NCBI GenBank assembly: GCA_963745035.1
Contig: CAVUVW010000026.1
Location: 114,789 to 178,788, forward strand
Length of the DNA: 64,000 nt
DNA from: an uncultured delta proteobacterium
GTDB lineage: Bacteria > Desulfobacterota > Binatia > UBA9968
Direction: 5' to 3'
Numbering within the stretch: the stretch's first letter is position 1; every line of letters begins with the position of its first letter. Below are positions 1-10,139 of this stretch, in pieces. The translations under genes and the position numbers were made by a program. Below the pieces are notes generated by a model. It was not told where the DNA came from, did not search any database, and saw only the letters and a program-made list of their open reading frames with translations.

Positions 1-614
1 GCGGCCGCTCCCTCGATGTGACCGCCTAAGGCCGCGGTCACTCCCGGTCCAGCGCCTTTGAACGGCACCATGGTGATATCCGCGCCGGTAAGGGAGTTTA
101 TGATCTCGACGGTAAAGTGGCCGACGGATCCCGGCCCTACGGTGCCGACGCGCAAGCTGCCGGGATTTTTCTTGCCGTACTCGACCATCTCGGCGAAATT
201 TTTGAACGGTACGTTGCTATGGACCGCAAGCAGGATCGGTGTGCGCACCGCCATGCCAATCGGAGTCAGGTCCTTGAACGGATCGTAAGGAACGGCGTCA
301 GGCGTGAGAATGCGATTGAATATCAGCGACGCATTATTCGCGATCAGGATCGTATAGCCGTCCTTGGGCGCTTTCACCGCGCTGTCGGTGCCGATGGTTC
401 CGCCCGCGCCGGGTCTGTTAACCGCGACAACCGGTACTTTGAGCAGTTTGGAGAGGCCTTCGCCGATGGTACGACCAGCCACGTCCGTGGCATCGCCGGG
501 CGCCAGTGGGAATGATGAGATTGATGGGTTGTTTTGGATAAGCTTGAGCGCGGAGCGACTGAGGCGGGAAGAGAAGCACAAGCCTGTCGATAGAGCCAGT
601 AAACTACGAATCAT
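1..614 (-). CDS. Tripartite tricarboxylate transporter substrate-binding protein (Bug/TctC family); truncated by window edge, frameshifted near 5' end
   Basis: Minus strand reads AYPKQPINLII..APGDATDVAGR..NRPGAGGTIG..KAPKDGYT..YDPFKDLTPI..VPFKGAGP; ATG 614 with AAGGAG RBS; indels about 510-570. Confidence 0.85.
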   Translation of the reverse strand, partial: MIRSLLALSTGLCFSSRLSRSALKLIQNNPSISSFPLAPGDATDVAGRTIGEGLSKLLKVPVVAVNRPGAGGTIGTDSAVKAPKDGYTILIANNASLIFNRILTPDAVPYDPFKDLTPIGMAVRTPILLAVHSNVPFKNFAEMVEYGKKNPGSLRVGTVGPGSVGHFTVEIINSLTGADITMVPFKGAGPGVTAALGGHIEGAA

Positions 615-625
615 GAAGTTCTCCT

Positions 626-1654
626 TTAGCGCGAAACTTCCGCGCCCCAAATCTCTTTCAGAAAGCCACTCTTCTCTAGATCCTCAGCGAATCGGTTGTC
701 AATGATATCTCCGGGCTTGCGCCGCACGTTGGTGCCCTGCTCGCGAACAACTTCGATGGCGCCGGCCACGGTACTCTCGGGCACGAGCAATCGGCGGTTG
801 ACCAGCAATTTCGCGTAGGCGTCGTAAGCCGATTGGAGCGCATCCGCGTCGTTGAGCTTGAGCGCTTTGCTCACCGCTGCTTTGCCTTTCTCCGGATTTT
901 TCTCGACGAATTGGATCGACTCCGCCAGTGCCGCGACAAACTTTTGTGTCACGGCTGGACGCTCTTTCAACGACTTCGCGTTGGCATGAAGCGAACTGTA
1001 AAGCGCCGGCAAGCCGAGGTCGTTAAGTCGGTAAACGAGGTTGAAGCCGTCGCGCCGGCCGCGCACATCGAGCGGCGGGGTGACCAAGGCCGCTTCGGCC
1101 AGGCCCGCGCGCATGGCGTTGAACGGCTCGACCTGGCCCGTACCCCCGACAGTGAGAATCTTGACGTCGCTTTCGGTCAAGTTGAATTTCCTGAGCAACG
1201 CACGCGCAAGACGAAACGTCAGATCGCCGGCGCGCGTGACGGCAATGCTCTTTCCCTTAAGCTCTTCAGGCCTTTTGATATCCTTGCGCGCCAGCATGAC
1301 CCAGGGCAGGCCGACGAGCGGCGAAGCGATCAATTTAGCGTCGCTGCCGGAAGCCATACCCGGAATCGTCGCATCCGCCGCGCAGTAGAGATATTGAATC
1401 TCGTCGGCAGCCAAAGCCGCGAGCGCGACGCCGCTGCCGCGGATCGAGACGAATTCAACCTTGACGCCGTACTTATCGAACAGATTGGAGTCGAGAGCGG
1501 CGTAGAGGTGAATGAAGCCCCCAGTTATGGCGCAGGTCGCCGCGCGGACGGTCGCGACCGCTTCTCCCGGTTTCGACAAATATGGGTTGGCGTACACCGG
1601 CCACGACACCGTGACGGCCGCGCATGCCAACAGGGTGGAAACAAAGCGTCTCAT
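626..1654 (-). CDS. ABC transporter substrate-binding protein (NMT1/THI5/SsuA-like)
   Basis: Signal peptide; FDKYGVKVE, ELKGKSIAVTRAG motifs; 342 aa. Confidence 0.85.
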   Translation of the reverse strand: MRRFVSTLLACAAVTVSWPVYANPYLSKPGEAVATVRAATCAITGGFIHLYAALDSNLFDKYGVKVEFVSIRGSGVALAALAADEIQYLYCAADATIPGMASGSDAKLIASPLVGLPWVMLARKDIKRPEELKGKSIAVTRAGDLTFRLARALLRKFNLTESDVKILTVGGTGQVEPFNAMRAGLAEAALVTPPLDVRGRRDGFNLVYRLNDLGLPALYSSLHANAKSLKERPAVTQKFVAALAESIQFVEKNPEKGKAAVSKALKLNDADALQSAYDAYAKLLVNRRLLVPESTVAGAIEVVREQGTNVRRKPGDIIDNRFAEDLEKSGFLKEIWGAEVSR

Positions 1655-1806
1655 AATTCGTTCCCCCTTCCGCGCCTGCGATACAACCGTTGGTTCTGAG
1701 TTGTCAACCTCGGAGAGGCTGTACTAGAGTGGCGCCGTGGGAAAAACAAATAGCGGAACAATTTCGCACGCGGTGCTGCCGTCGATCTGAAAGGCGGTGT
1801 TTCGTG

Positions 1807-2784
1807 ATGGTTCCAACCTTATACAGTTTGGTATTTCTGCTGAGTGTCATCTTCTTGTCGGCGCCGCCGGCGGCGGCGCAATCGCTCAAAGTCGGCATGA
1901 CTTCGAAGACGCTCTTTTACCTGCCGTTCTACGTCGGGCTCAAGAAAGGCTTCTACGCGGCGGAAAACTTGAAGACGGAGTTGATTCTCATCGGCCGGAG
2001 CGACGTTCAGCTTCAGGCGTTGATCGCGGGCGAGATCGATTTCGGCACGCTCAACGCCGACGGTGTGATCCTGGTCAACGAGAAAGGCGCCAATCTCAAG
2101 GTCATCGCCGGCGTCGACAACGCCGCTCCGTATATTTTGGTCGGCGGCAAAGCATACAAAAAGATCGAGGATCTCAAAGGCGCGCGCTTGGGCGTGTCCG
2201 GATTGCGCGGGGGCGCGACTTCCATTTTGACGGATTATCTGAAGAGCAGGGGCCTGCACTATCCGCGGGACTATACTTTCACGGTTATTTCCGGCGGCAC
2301 TGCGGCGCGGCTGACGGCGCTCGAGAGCGGCGCGATCGCGGCAGGCATACTCGGCATTCCATATTCGGACATCGCTATCGATCAGGGCTTCAACAAGCTG
2401 GGCGACACCATGGAAGTGATCTCGACCTATCAGTTCAACGGCATCACCGTGAATCCGGCGTGGGCGGAGAAGAATCGCGCGACAGTCGTCAAGTTTCTCA
2501 AGGCGCACATCCGCTCGCTGCGCTGGATCCATGAGCAACCGCAGCAGGCCGCGGAATTTTTTACCGCGGAGATGGGCGTCAAGCCTCCCTATGCGCGCAA
2601 GGGCATCGACTACTTTACGAAGAACAAGATTTTTCCCGTCGATGGCGCGGTGACCCTCGATGGACTCAAGGTCAACATCGAAGTCCAATTTCGCGACGGT
2701 ATCCTGAAGGAACCGCTGCCGGCGCCGGAAAAATACGCCGATCAGAGTTACGTCAAGCAGGCGCAGAAGGAACTCGGATTGTAG
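1807..2784 (+). CDS. ABC transporter substrate-binding protein (NMT1/SsuA-like)
   Basis: Signal peptide (AAAQ); KKGFYAAENL, DLKGARLGVS motifs. Confidence 0.85.
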   Translation: MVPTLYSLVFLLSVIFLSAPPAAAQSLKVGMTSKTLFYLPFYVGLKKGFYAAENLKTELILIGRSDVQLQALIAGEIDFGTLNADGVILVNEKGANLKVIAGVDNAAPYILVGGKAYKKIEDLKGARLGVSGLRGGATSILTDYLKSRGLHYPRDYTFTVISGGTAARLTALESGAIAAGILGIPYSDIAIDQGFNKLGDTMEVISTYQFNGITVNPAWAEKNRATVVKFLKAHIRSLRWIHEQPQQAAEFFTAEMGVKPPYARKGIDYFTKNKIFPVDGAVTLDGLKVNIEVQFRDGILKEPLPAPEKYADQSYVKQAQKELGL

Positions 2785-2790
2785 AGATTG

Positions 2791-2830
2791 GTTCAAGCCG
2801 TTCAAATCGTTCAAAACGTTCAAGCCGTTA
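2791..2830. repeat. Intergenic tandem 9-bp repeat (GTTCAARNC) x4
   Basis: gttcaagcc gttcaaatc gttcaaaac gttcaagcc gtta. Confidence 0.8.
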
Positions 2831-2945
2831 ACGGAACAAGTCCCAGAGGTACCCAGGGGTGGAATCTGATTGACGGCAGGTGGGGTGCTTTGTTATCCGA
2901 TCAAAGGATAGAATTCTTGTCGCGCAACGGGAGCCTTCAACGAAT

Positions 2946-3959
2946 ATGAGTCACCATAGTGTGTTAGCTGTTTTCCTTTTCCTCGGCATAGCGCTTTTTT
3001 CTCTCAACGCTGAAGCTCAGCCCAGGTCAAAAATCGTTATCGGTTACGCCTCGATGAGCTCGGTGGTGACCACGCTCTGGATAGCGCAGGAGAAAGGCTT
3101 CTTTGCCAAAAACGGCCTGGACGTGCAGTCTATATTTATTCCGGGGTCGCCGACGTTGATTGCCACGCTTAACACCGGCGACGTGCATTTAGGTTACACC
3201 GGCGGCACGGCAACACTGGGAGCCGCGGTCGGCGGACTCGATCTGAAAATCGTCGCGTCCTTCGGTAATTTCGTTCAAACCGATTTGGTGGTTCGGCCGG
3301 ACATCAAAACCGCGGCGGATCTCAAAGGAAAGCGCATCGGCGTTACCAGTATCGGAGGAACTGGCTGGATGTCGGCAATGTTGGGCCTGGAGCAGATCGG
3401 TTTGAATCCGGAGCGCGACAAAATCTCGATTGCCGCTTTCGGCGATCAAAGAGTCATTAGCCAGGCTCTGGAATCGGGAACGATCCAAGGCGCTTCGATT
3501 TCCGGAATCTTCAGTCGAAAGTTGAAAAGGGCCGGCTTCAATTTCTTGGGCGATCTGGAAAAGATTCCGCTGGTCGGCACCAGCCTGGTCGTGAAGTCCG
3601 AGTATCTGGCCAGCCATCAACCCATCGTGCGCGGCGCTGTTCGAGCGCTCATGGAAGGCCACGGGTTTGTGTTGAATCCGGCGAACAAGGCGACGGTGAT
3701 CGAAGTCGTAAGCAAGAAACTCGGCATTACCGATCCGGTGGCCGCTAACGATGGTTATGACGATTACGTGCGGCGCACCGACAAGAAAGGCTTTGTCGTC
3801 GTCGACGGACTGAAAAATATTCAGCGCTTCATGAAACTGCGCAATCCAAAGATCGGCGATATCAATCTGGAACGGATGATCGACGAAAGTATTTTGCGAG
3901 AGTTGGAAAAGAGTGGATTTCTTGAACAGGCGATGAGCGGCAAAACCACCGTTCGCTGA
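2946..3959 (+). CDS. ABC transporter substrate-binding protein (NMT1/SsuA-like)
   Basis: Signal peptide; EKGFFAKNGLDV, DLKGKRIGVTSIGG. Confidence 0.85.
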   Translation: MSHHSVLAVFLFLGIALFSLNAEAQPRSKIVIGYASMSSVVTTLWIAQEKGFFAKNGLDVQSIFIPGSPTLIATLNTGDVHLGYTGGTATLGAAVGGLDLKIVASFGNFVQTDLVVRPDIKTAADLKGKRIGVTSIGGTGWMSAMLGLEQIGLNPERDKISIAAFGDQRVISQALESGTIQGASISGIFSRKLKRAGFNFLGDLEKIPLVGTSLVVKSEYLASHQPIVRGAVRALMEGHGFVLNPANKATVIEVVSKKLGITDPVAANDGYDDYVRRTDKKGFVVVDGLKNIQRFMKLRNPKIGDINLERMIDESILRELEKSGFLEQAMSGKTTVR

Positions 3960-3974
3960 AAAGGAGGAGGCGCT

Positions 3975-5066
3975 ATGGCCATCGACGGCATGAAAGTGAT
4001 CGATCTGGACAGTCATCTGGTGGGCGATTTGGAGAGTTGGCATCAAACGGTCGAAGCGAAGTACAAGGATTTTTGCCGCGCAAGCTGCCGACCAAGGATA
4101 ACGAGCGGCGCAAGACTCTGGTCGGCAATCAGATCATGGTCGGTTCCGAGCTTGGCCGGCAAAAGGCGGAAAAGAAGGAGTGGGTCACCGAAGCCGACCT
4201 CACGCCGCAGGGGCGGGTGCGCAATATGAATCTCGATGGCATCGACGTCGCGGTGCTTGTCGCCCAACTCGCCGGCGCTCGATATACTCTGGTTCGCGGA
4301 CGATGCGGAGCTCGGCGCGGCCTACGCGCGGGCGCAAAACAATTACATGAATTGGTACTCCTCGCAGCAGCCCGGCCGCCTCATGTGGGCGGGCGTGATT
4401 CCGCTGCAAGACCCAAAGGAAGCGATCAAAGAGCTGCACCGATCGCGCGAGCTCGGCAGCAAAGCGCTCAATGTGAAGGCGACGCCGATCCCGGGAAAGG
4501 AATGGTGGGACCCGCACTTCGATCCGATCTTCGATGAGCTCGAGAAAACCAAGACGCCGATCATTTTTCACGACACCAAGACCGGCTCCATGGGACATGA
4601 GCGTTTCGCCGATAATTTTTTCTTCTCGCACATGGTCGGGCGCACCATCGAGAGCATGGTTTGCCTGATGGTTTACCTTTGCGGCGGCGTGATGGAAAAG
4701 CACCCGAATTTGAAAATCATCTGCCTCGAGACCGGCGCATCGCAAATGCCCTGGTGGCTGTCGCGCATGGACGAGCACTGGGAAAAGCTGCCGCATCTGG
4801 TTCCCTGGCAGAAGCGCAAGCCATCGGATATTTTCAACGAAAGCGTGTACGTCGGCTGCGAGCCATTCGAAGACGGCCTGTTCGAATGGGCGGTGGAATA
4901 TTTGGGCGGCGACCGGCTCGTGCTGGCGACCGATTCGCCGCATTGGGATTCCTCTCAGCCGGGGCAAGTGACCGGACCGATCTCGCAGAGCACGAAAATT
5001 TCGCAGGAAAATAAGCGGAAGGTGCTCGGCGAGAACGCGATCAATCTTTTGGGCTTGGGTTTGTGA
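3975..5066 (+). CDS. Amidohydrolase_2 family protein, split by two frameshifts (about 4072 and 4258)
   Basis: IDLDSH metal motif, NLDGIDVAVL, PIIFH, LETGA, LATDSPHWD, KVLGENA across three frames; AGGAGG RBS. Confidence 0.85.
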
Positions 5067-5134
5067 GATTTCAGCGACAAGGAAAGCTTCGCTCGGAAGC
5101 GTATCGTATTTCGGCTCCAATGAGAGGAGACGTT

Positions 5135-6148
5135 ATGAGTTGGTTACTAGCGGCTGCTCTTGCGGTTGTGAGTTTGCTTGCGCACTCCAGCACTTCTCAC
5201 GCCGCCAGCGCCGGCCGCACCGTAGTCATCGCGCATGCGGCGATGAACGCCCGGGTGGCGCCGCTATGGGTGGCGCGCGACCGCGGGTTTTTTGCTAAGT
5301 ATGGAGTGAACGCTGACACGATCTTCGTGCGCGGGGCGCCGACGCTGGTCGCCGCCATGCAGTCCAATGAGATCGACGTTGGCTACACGGGCGGAACGGC
5401 CGTCGTCGGAGCAGTCGCCAACGGCGCCGATCTGAAAGTCCTCTCCGCGTTCACCAATCGCGTGACCTACGACCTGATGGTCAAGCCTGGCATTAAACGG
5501 CCGGAGGATTTGCGCGGCAAAATATTCGGCATTCAAAGCATTGGCGGCACCGTATGGATGGGCGCCATTCTTGCTCTGGAGCATCTGAAGCTCGACGCAG
5601 ATCGCGACAAGATCAATATTATCGCAGTCGGCGACCAAAACGTATTAGCTCAAGCGCTGGAAGCGGGGACCATCGATGCGACCGTGCTCGACGGCGTGCA
5701 AAGCCGCCGCTTGAGCGCGCTGGGATTTGCGACGCTTGCGGATTTGAACAAGGCAAATTTGCCGATCCTGAGCTCCGGCTTCGTCATGAGAGAGCCCAAC
5801 ATTCAAAAGAATCCGCAGCTCGCGGAGAACCTGATGAAAGCCGTTATCGAAGGTGCGGTGTTTTCGCTTTCGCAATCACAAAAACCCACAACGTTGAAGA
5901 TCTTGCAAAAATATCTTCGAGTTACCGAAAAGGACGCGGAAGAAGGTTATCGCGACCTGGTGATTGGGACGGACAAGAAGCCTTATGCCGCGGCCGCGGG
6001 CGTTACGAACGTCGTTCGCCTGATGAAGCGAGGCAATCCGAAAGTTGAAAACGTTAAACCGGAAACGCTGATCGACGATCGCATTTTGAAAAAAATCGAT
6101 CAGAGCGGTTTTATCGATGAGGTGTTGGCAAAGTACGGAGTGAAATAG
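5135..6148 (+). CDS. ABC transporter substrate-binding protein (NMT1/SsuA-like)
   Basis: Paralog of 2946-3959 (VGYTGGTA, SIGGTVWM, TDKKP); signal peptide. Confidence 0.85.
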   Translation: MSWLLAAALAVVSLLAHSSTSHAASAGRTVVIAHAAMNARVAPLWVARDRGFFAKYGVNADTIFVRGAPTLVAAMQSNEIDVGYTGGTAVVGAVANGADLKVLSAFTNRVTYDLMVKPGIKRPEDLRGKIFGIQSIGGTVWMGAILALEHLKLDADRDKINIIAVGDQNVLAQALEAGTIDATVLDGVQSRRLSALGFATLADLNKANLPILSSGFVMREPNIQKNPQLAENLMKAVIEGAVFSLSQSQKPTTLKILQKYLRVTEKDAEEGYRDLVIGTDKKPYAAAAGVTNVVRLMKRGNPKVENVKPETLIDDRILKKIDQSGFIDEVLAKYGVK

Positions 6149-6150
6149 CC

Positions 6151-6272
6151 GGGCTGGTGAAAACGTCCATATGCTTCGTTGCGCTTGATCGTCTCGCTCC
6201 AATGTACTGCAGAGTACGCCTCCGCGCGCCGATTCTGAGCGCGCCTCGCATCTGGAACGTTTTGACCAGCCC
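6151..6272. mobile_element. MITE-like 122-bp element with ~24-bp imperfect terminal inverted repeats
   Basis: GGGCTGGTGAAAACGT-CCATATGC ... GCATCTGGAACGTTTTGACCAGCCC; non-coding, just after a stop codon. Confidence 0.65.
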
Positions 6273-6321
6273 GCAATCATTTTAGCTGACGCTTAGAGAT
6301 CCGATATAAGGAGCAAAGGAA

Positions 6322-7458
6322 ATGTACATCGACGGCGATACACACTACTGGCCGCTGCGCTTCCTTGACAAGGTAAAGCACCCGGGGAAAGGGCATCTCG
6401 AAGTCGTCGAGGACAAGGGCGACATGGTGCGCTACGGGGAAGTCGTGCCGGGGAAGGTGGCCACCTATTATCGCGACGGCAAAAAGATCCATTCCTTCAA
6501 GGAAGGGCGCTGGAGTTTATCGCTGCGCGCCGAGTTCATGAAGAAAGACGGCTTCGATGTGCAGGTACTGATTCCGGATAACCGGCCATTGATCTACGAA
6601 TGCGAGCCGAGCTCGGCCGCCAGTTGGCCCGCGCGTACAACGACACGGTCGCCGAGGATATCCAGGGCGACGAGCGGTTCATCGGCGTCGCTTGGATCTA
6701 TTTGCCCGACATCAAGGAAGCCGTGAAGGAGCTTCGCCGCGCGGTGAAGGAGCTGGGATTGAAGGCGGTCAAGTTCAACGGCGGCTGGGGCGACGGCGAT
6801 CTCGACAATGAAGTGCTGTTGCCGCTTTACGAAGAGATCGCCGATCTCGATATTCCGATTCTGCTTCACCCGGCCGCGCGAGTGTTCGAACTGCAGCATA
6901 GCCATCCCTGGCTGGTCGGCGCCGAGCGCTATCAGGGCTTTCAACATTTTCCGACGGCGCTGGGATTTCCTTTGACCTACATGGTCAGCGCGGCGCGCTT
7001 GATCTTCGGCGGCGTGCTCGATCGCTTTCCCACCTTGAAGTTCGGTTTTTTCGAAGGCGGCATCGGCTGGGTGCCATGGCTCATGCACACGCTGGATGCC
7101 CATATGCCCAATGAAGCGACGGTCTCCGATCTCCGTGCAGCAGTTTTTTGAAGGCAAGAAGGGCATCAAGAAATCGCCCAGCCAGTATTTCGATCAATTC
7201 TACATCGCCGCGGTCTCGTGGGAATCCTACCTCGCTGACACGGTAAACGGCTGGCCGAACCATAACATCATCATCGGCAGCGATTTCGATCACGGCGACG
7301 CCGTCGCTACTTGGCCGCGCACCGTGGACGTTATCAAAAAGATGAAAACCCTCTCCGATGTCGACAAGGAAAAGGTCCTCGGCGGCAACGCGATGAGAAT
7401 GTTCGGGTTGCATGGCAACGGCGGCAATACAGTTGGCATATCCTCCGAGGCAAATTGA
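6322..7458 (+). CDS. Amidohydrolase_2 family protein, frameshifted (about 6608 and 7125)
   Basis: YIDGDTH, AYNDTVA, PILLHP, FFEGGIGWVP, GSDFDHGD, VLGGNA motifs over three frames. Confidence 0.85.
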
Positions 7459-7589
7459 AGCGGATGACTGCACCACAGAATCCTGACAATTCCGCAGTTT
7501 GAAGGAAACTTCCTCCGGAAAATCACTACATCGGAAAGATCCGTCAGAAAAGTGTCGGCAAAAGGGTGGAGTGTCTCTAACACGCCGTT

Positions 7590-7604
7590 TGGCACCGTGG
7601 TTGC
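7590..7604 (+). promoter_or_regulatory. Sigma-54 -24/-12 promoter upstream of universal stress protein gene
   Basis: TGGCAC-CGTGG-TTGC matches TGGCAC-N5-TTGC, 32 bp before ATG with AGGAGG RBS. Confidence 0.65.
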
Positions 7605-7636
7605 CTTATTCATAAAGGTGAAAGGAGGTGTAAATC

Positions 7637-8191
7637 ATGATTACTATAAGAACGATTCTCGTGCCTACGGATCTTTCTGCCGCCTCGGTGCCCGCTATCG
7701 CGTATGCTGCGTTCCTAGGGAAGGCTCATGACGCAGAAGTTGCCCTGCTGCACGTCGTTCCGATGGAAGCGAATAAGGGGCATTTCACTGATAGCTATGC
7801 CGAAGGGGTTGGGTTTGCGCTGGGTAATCAGCCGGCTGGTCGGCTGCAGCACGATGTGGAAGCCATCTACGCGCCCAAGAAGGAAATTCTGCTTGGTTTT
7901 CTCGATCACAATATAGGAGCCGATCTTCGCAAGACGACAAAGTTCAGGGCGCTCGTCAGACCTGGAAAGGTCGTTGAGGAGATTATTGCTGCGGCTAAAG
8001 AGGAGAAATCCGATCTCATCGTGATGACGAAACAAGCAGGGAATCTGCGACGACTGTTTGGCGGAAGCGTCACCGAGCGCATTGTTCGACATGCTCCGTG
8101 CCCGGTCCTCTCGATGCAGCCATCAGCCGAAGTCAGGACAGAAAAGAACGAACGGTTTCCGGTCAAGCTCATCGACAGGTGGGCTGCTTGA
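7637..8191 (+). CDS. Universal stress protein (Usp)
   Basis: ILVPTDLS, DLIVM, FGGSVTERIVRHAPCPVL. Confidence 0.92.
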   Translation: MITIRTILVPTDLSAASVPAIAYAAFLGKAHDAEVALLHVVPMEANKGHFTDSYAEGVGFALGNQPAGRLQHDVEAIYAPKKEILLGFLDHNIGADLRKTTKFRALVRPGKVVEEIIAAAKEEKSDLIVMTKQAGNLRRLFGGSVTERIVRHAPCPVLSMQPSAEVRTEKNERFPVKLIDRWAA

Positions 8192-8457
8192 TTACTCTTG
8201 GTTGCCGACGCGAAACCCCGGCCAGTCTATGGCCGGGTTTCGCCCGACTGATGTCCGCCCCGGCAGTAAGCTTAATCATCCTATCCTGCCCTTGATCGCC
8301 ACACGGCAGCGCTGAATCGAAAGCTATAGTCACGCCCACAGTCGACTGAAACCCGGTCGAACTTCGGGTTCATCGAGGGAGTTCGATTGACAACTTTCGG
8401 AGCATTGGATAAATCTTTTTGCATAAACTTTTTCATAACATTGTTAGGAGAGAAATC

Positions 8458-9903
8458 ATGGCTAAGGATCTCAGGACCTTTATATCGGACTGCGAGCGTC
8501 AACTGCCGGGCGAGGTGATCCACATCACCAAGGAAGTCAATCCGGCGAATTACGACGTCACGGCGATCATCAAGCATCTCGGCGCGCAGAAGAAGTTTCC
8601 CATCATCATCTTCGACAATCCTAAGAATTTGAACGGCAAAGTCGGCCCGATCAAGCTGACGATGAACTGTGAGATCTCTCAAGGGAAGACGCAGATCGCT
8701 CTAGGCATGCCGAAAAACGCGACGCGTCCGCAGATGGCGGAAAAGTGCCTTGAGATGGAAGAGCATCGGGTTCCGCCGACGATCGTCAGCAAAAAGGACG
8801 CGCCGATCAAGGAAAACACCATGGTCGGCAAGGACGTGGATCTCTATCAGATCCCCATCATGCGCCACCACGAGATGGACGGCGGCCCGTATATCGTCTT
8901 GTCGACGATCACCAAGGACCGTAAGTCGGGCATCTACAATCTCTCGTATCATCGCATGGAGGTGAAATCGAAAAATTCGACGGCGCTGTATGCCTCGCCA
9001 CGCCATCTCTGGAAGATTTTCAAGGACTACGAAGAAAACAATATGGAGATGCCGGTCGCCACGGTGCTGGGCCATCACCCGGCGTTTCATATGGGCGCTT
9101 GCTACAGCGGGCCGTTCGAAGTCAGCGAGTATGATGTCATCGGTGGATACCTCGGCGAACCGTTGCGACTGGTCGCTTCGGAAACTTTTGGCGATGATTT
9201 ACTGATCCCGGCTGATGCTGAAGTCGTCATCGAAGGCGTGCTCAAGCCGGGCGGCCGCGTCGTCGAAGGACCGTTCGGCGAAGCCCCCGGTTATCTCGGC
9301 CCGCAGCGGTATACGACCTGCGTTCACTATGAAGTGCGCGCCATCAACTATCGCAACGGCGCCATGTATCAATCGGTCATCACGCCGGAAGGCGACAAGC
9401 CGTGGATGGATCTGCCGCGCGAAGGCGCGTATCTGCGCCGCTGCCGCGAAGCGGTTCCAGGCGTAACCGCGGTCTGCAAGCAGGGCCGGCACGCGCATTA
9501 CAACGTATTTATCTCTATGAAAAAAATGTCGGAAGGCGATCCAGGCCGAGCCGCCGCTGCTGCGTTGACCTTCGATCACACCAAGAACGTTTTCGTTTTC
9601 GACGACGATATCGACGTGTTCAATCCGACGGATATTCTTTGGGCCTTTGCCACCCGCGTACAACCGCATCGCCAGGTGTCGATCTTGCAGCCGCTTTTCC
9701 GCGGCAATTTCCTGGATCCGTCGTTGGTCGACGAGATCAAAACCTCCGGCATGATCGTCGACGCCACCAAGCCGCTCGACCGGCCGTTTTCGCCGGTTTC
9801 GAAATGTCCGGATGAGGCGATGGAGCGGATCAAGTTGGAGGAGTATGTGCCCGGTGAAGTTCTGCAACATATTCCGATGGATCGCACGACATACTGGGCG
9901 TAA
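8458..9903 (+). CDS. UbiD family prFMN-dependent (de)carboxylase
   Basis: DLRTFI, HHEMDGGPY, SYHRM, EGPFGE, FDDDIDVF, IVDATKP. Confidence 0.92.
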   Translation: MAKDLRTFISDCERQLPGEVIHITKEVNPANYDVTAIIKHLGAQKKFPIIIFDNPKNLNGKVGPIKLTMNCEISQGKTQIALGMPKNATRPQMAEKCLEMEEHRVPPTIVSKKDAPIKENTMVGKDVDLYQIPIMRHHEMDGGPYIVLSTITKDRKSGIYNLSYHRMEVKSKNSTALYASPRHLWKIFKDYEENNMEMPVATVLGHHPAFHMGACYSGPFEVSEYDVIGGYLGEPLRLVASETFGDDLLIPADAEVVIEGVLKPGGRVVEGPFGEAPGYLGPQRYTTCVHYEVRAINYRNGAMYQSVITPEGDKPWMDLPREGAYLRRCREAVPGVTAVCKQGRHAHYNVFISMKKMSEGDPGRAAAAALTFDHTKNVFVFDDDIDVFNPTDILWAFATRVQPHRQVSILQPLFRGNFLDPSLVDEIKTSGMIVDATKPLDRPFSPVSKCPDEAMERIKLEEYVPGEVLQHIPMDRTTYWA

Positions 9904-9941
9904 GAGTTTAATTACCCATTTGGCTATATTCAGGAGGAACG

Positions 9942-10088
9942 ATGGGCCAGGCTGTAGAGATAACTTGTCCAAGCTGTAAAAAGGTTTTCGTGGTGAATCC
10001 GCACATGCTCGGGTCGGGCATGAACTTTCATTGTCCATTCTGCGATCTTTATTTTCCGGAAAAAGACAGCCCGAAAATCCGCAAATAG
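9942..10088 (+). CDS. 48-aa zinc-ribbon protein (CPSC...CPFC) directly after UbiD; absent from ORF track
   Basis: CAGGAGG RBS; MGQAVEITCPSCKKVFVVNPHMLGSGMNFHCPFCDLYFPEKDSPKIRK. Confidence 0.75.
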   Translation: MGQAVEITCPSCKKVFVVNPHMLGSGMNFHCPFCDLYFPEKDSPKIRK

Positions 10089-10139
10089 TTTCACGCCGGC
10101 CACGGCGATTCTTTCGCCGTGGCCTTTTCTACTTCATCC

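Noticed and set aside
4060-4270. Programmed frameshifting in amidohydrolases or dus
   Set aside because: No canonical slippery heptamers; indels are scattered across unrelated genes, which fits sequencing error better.
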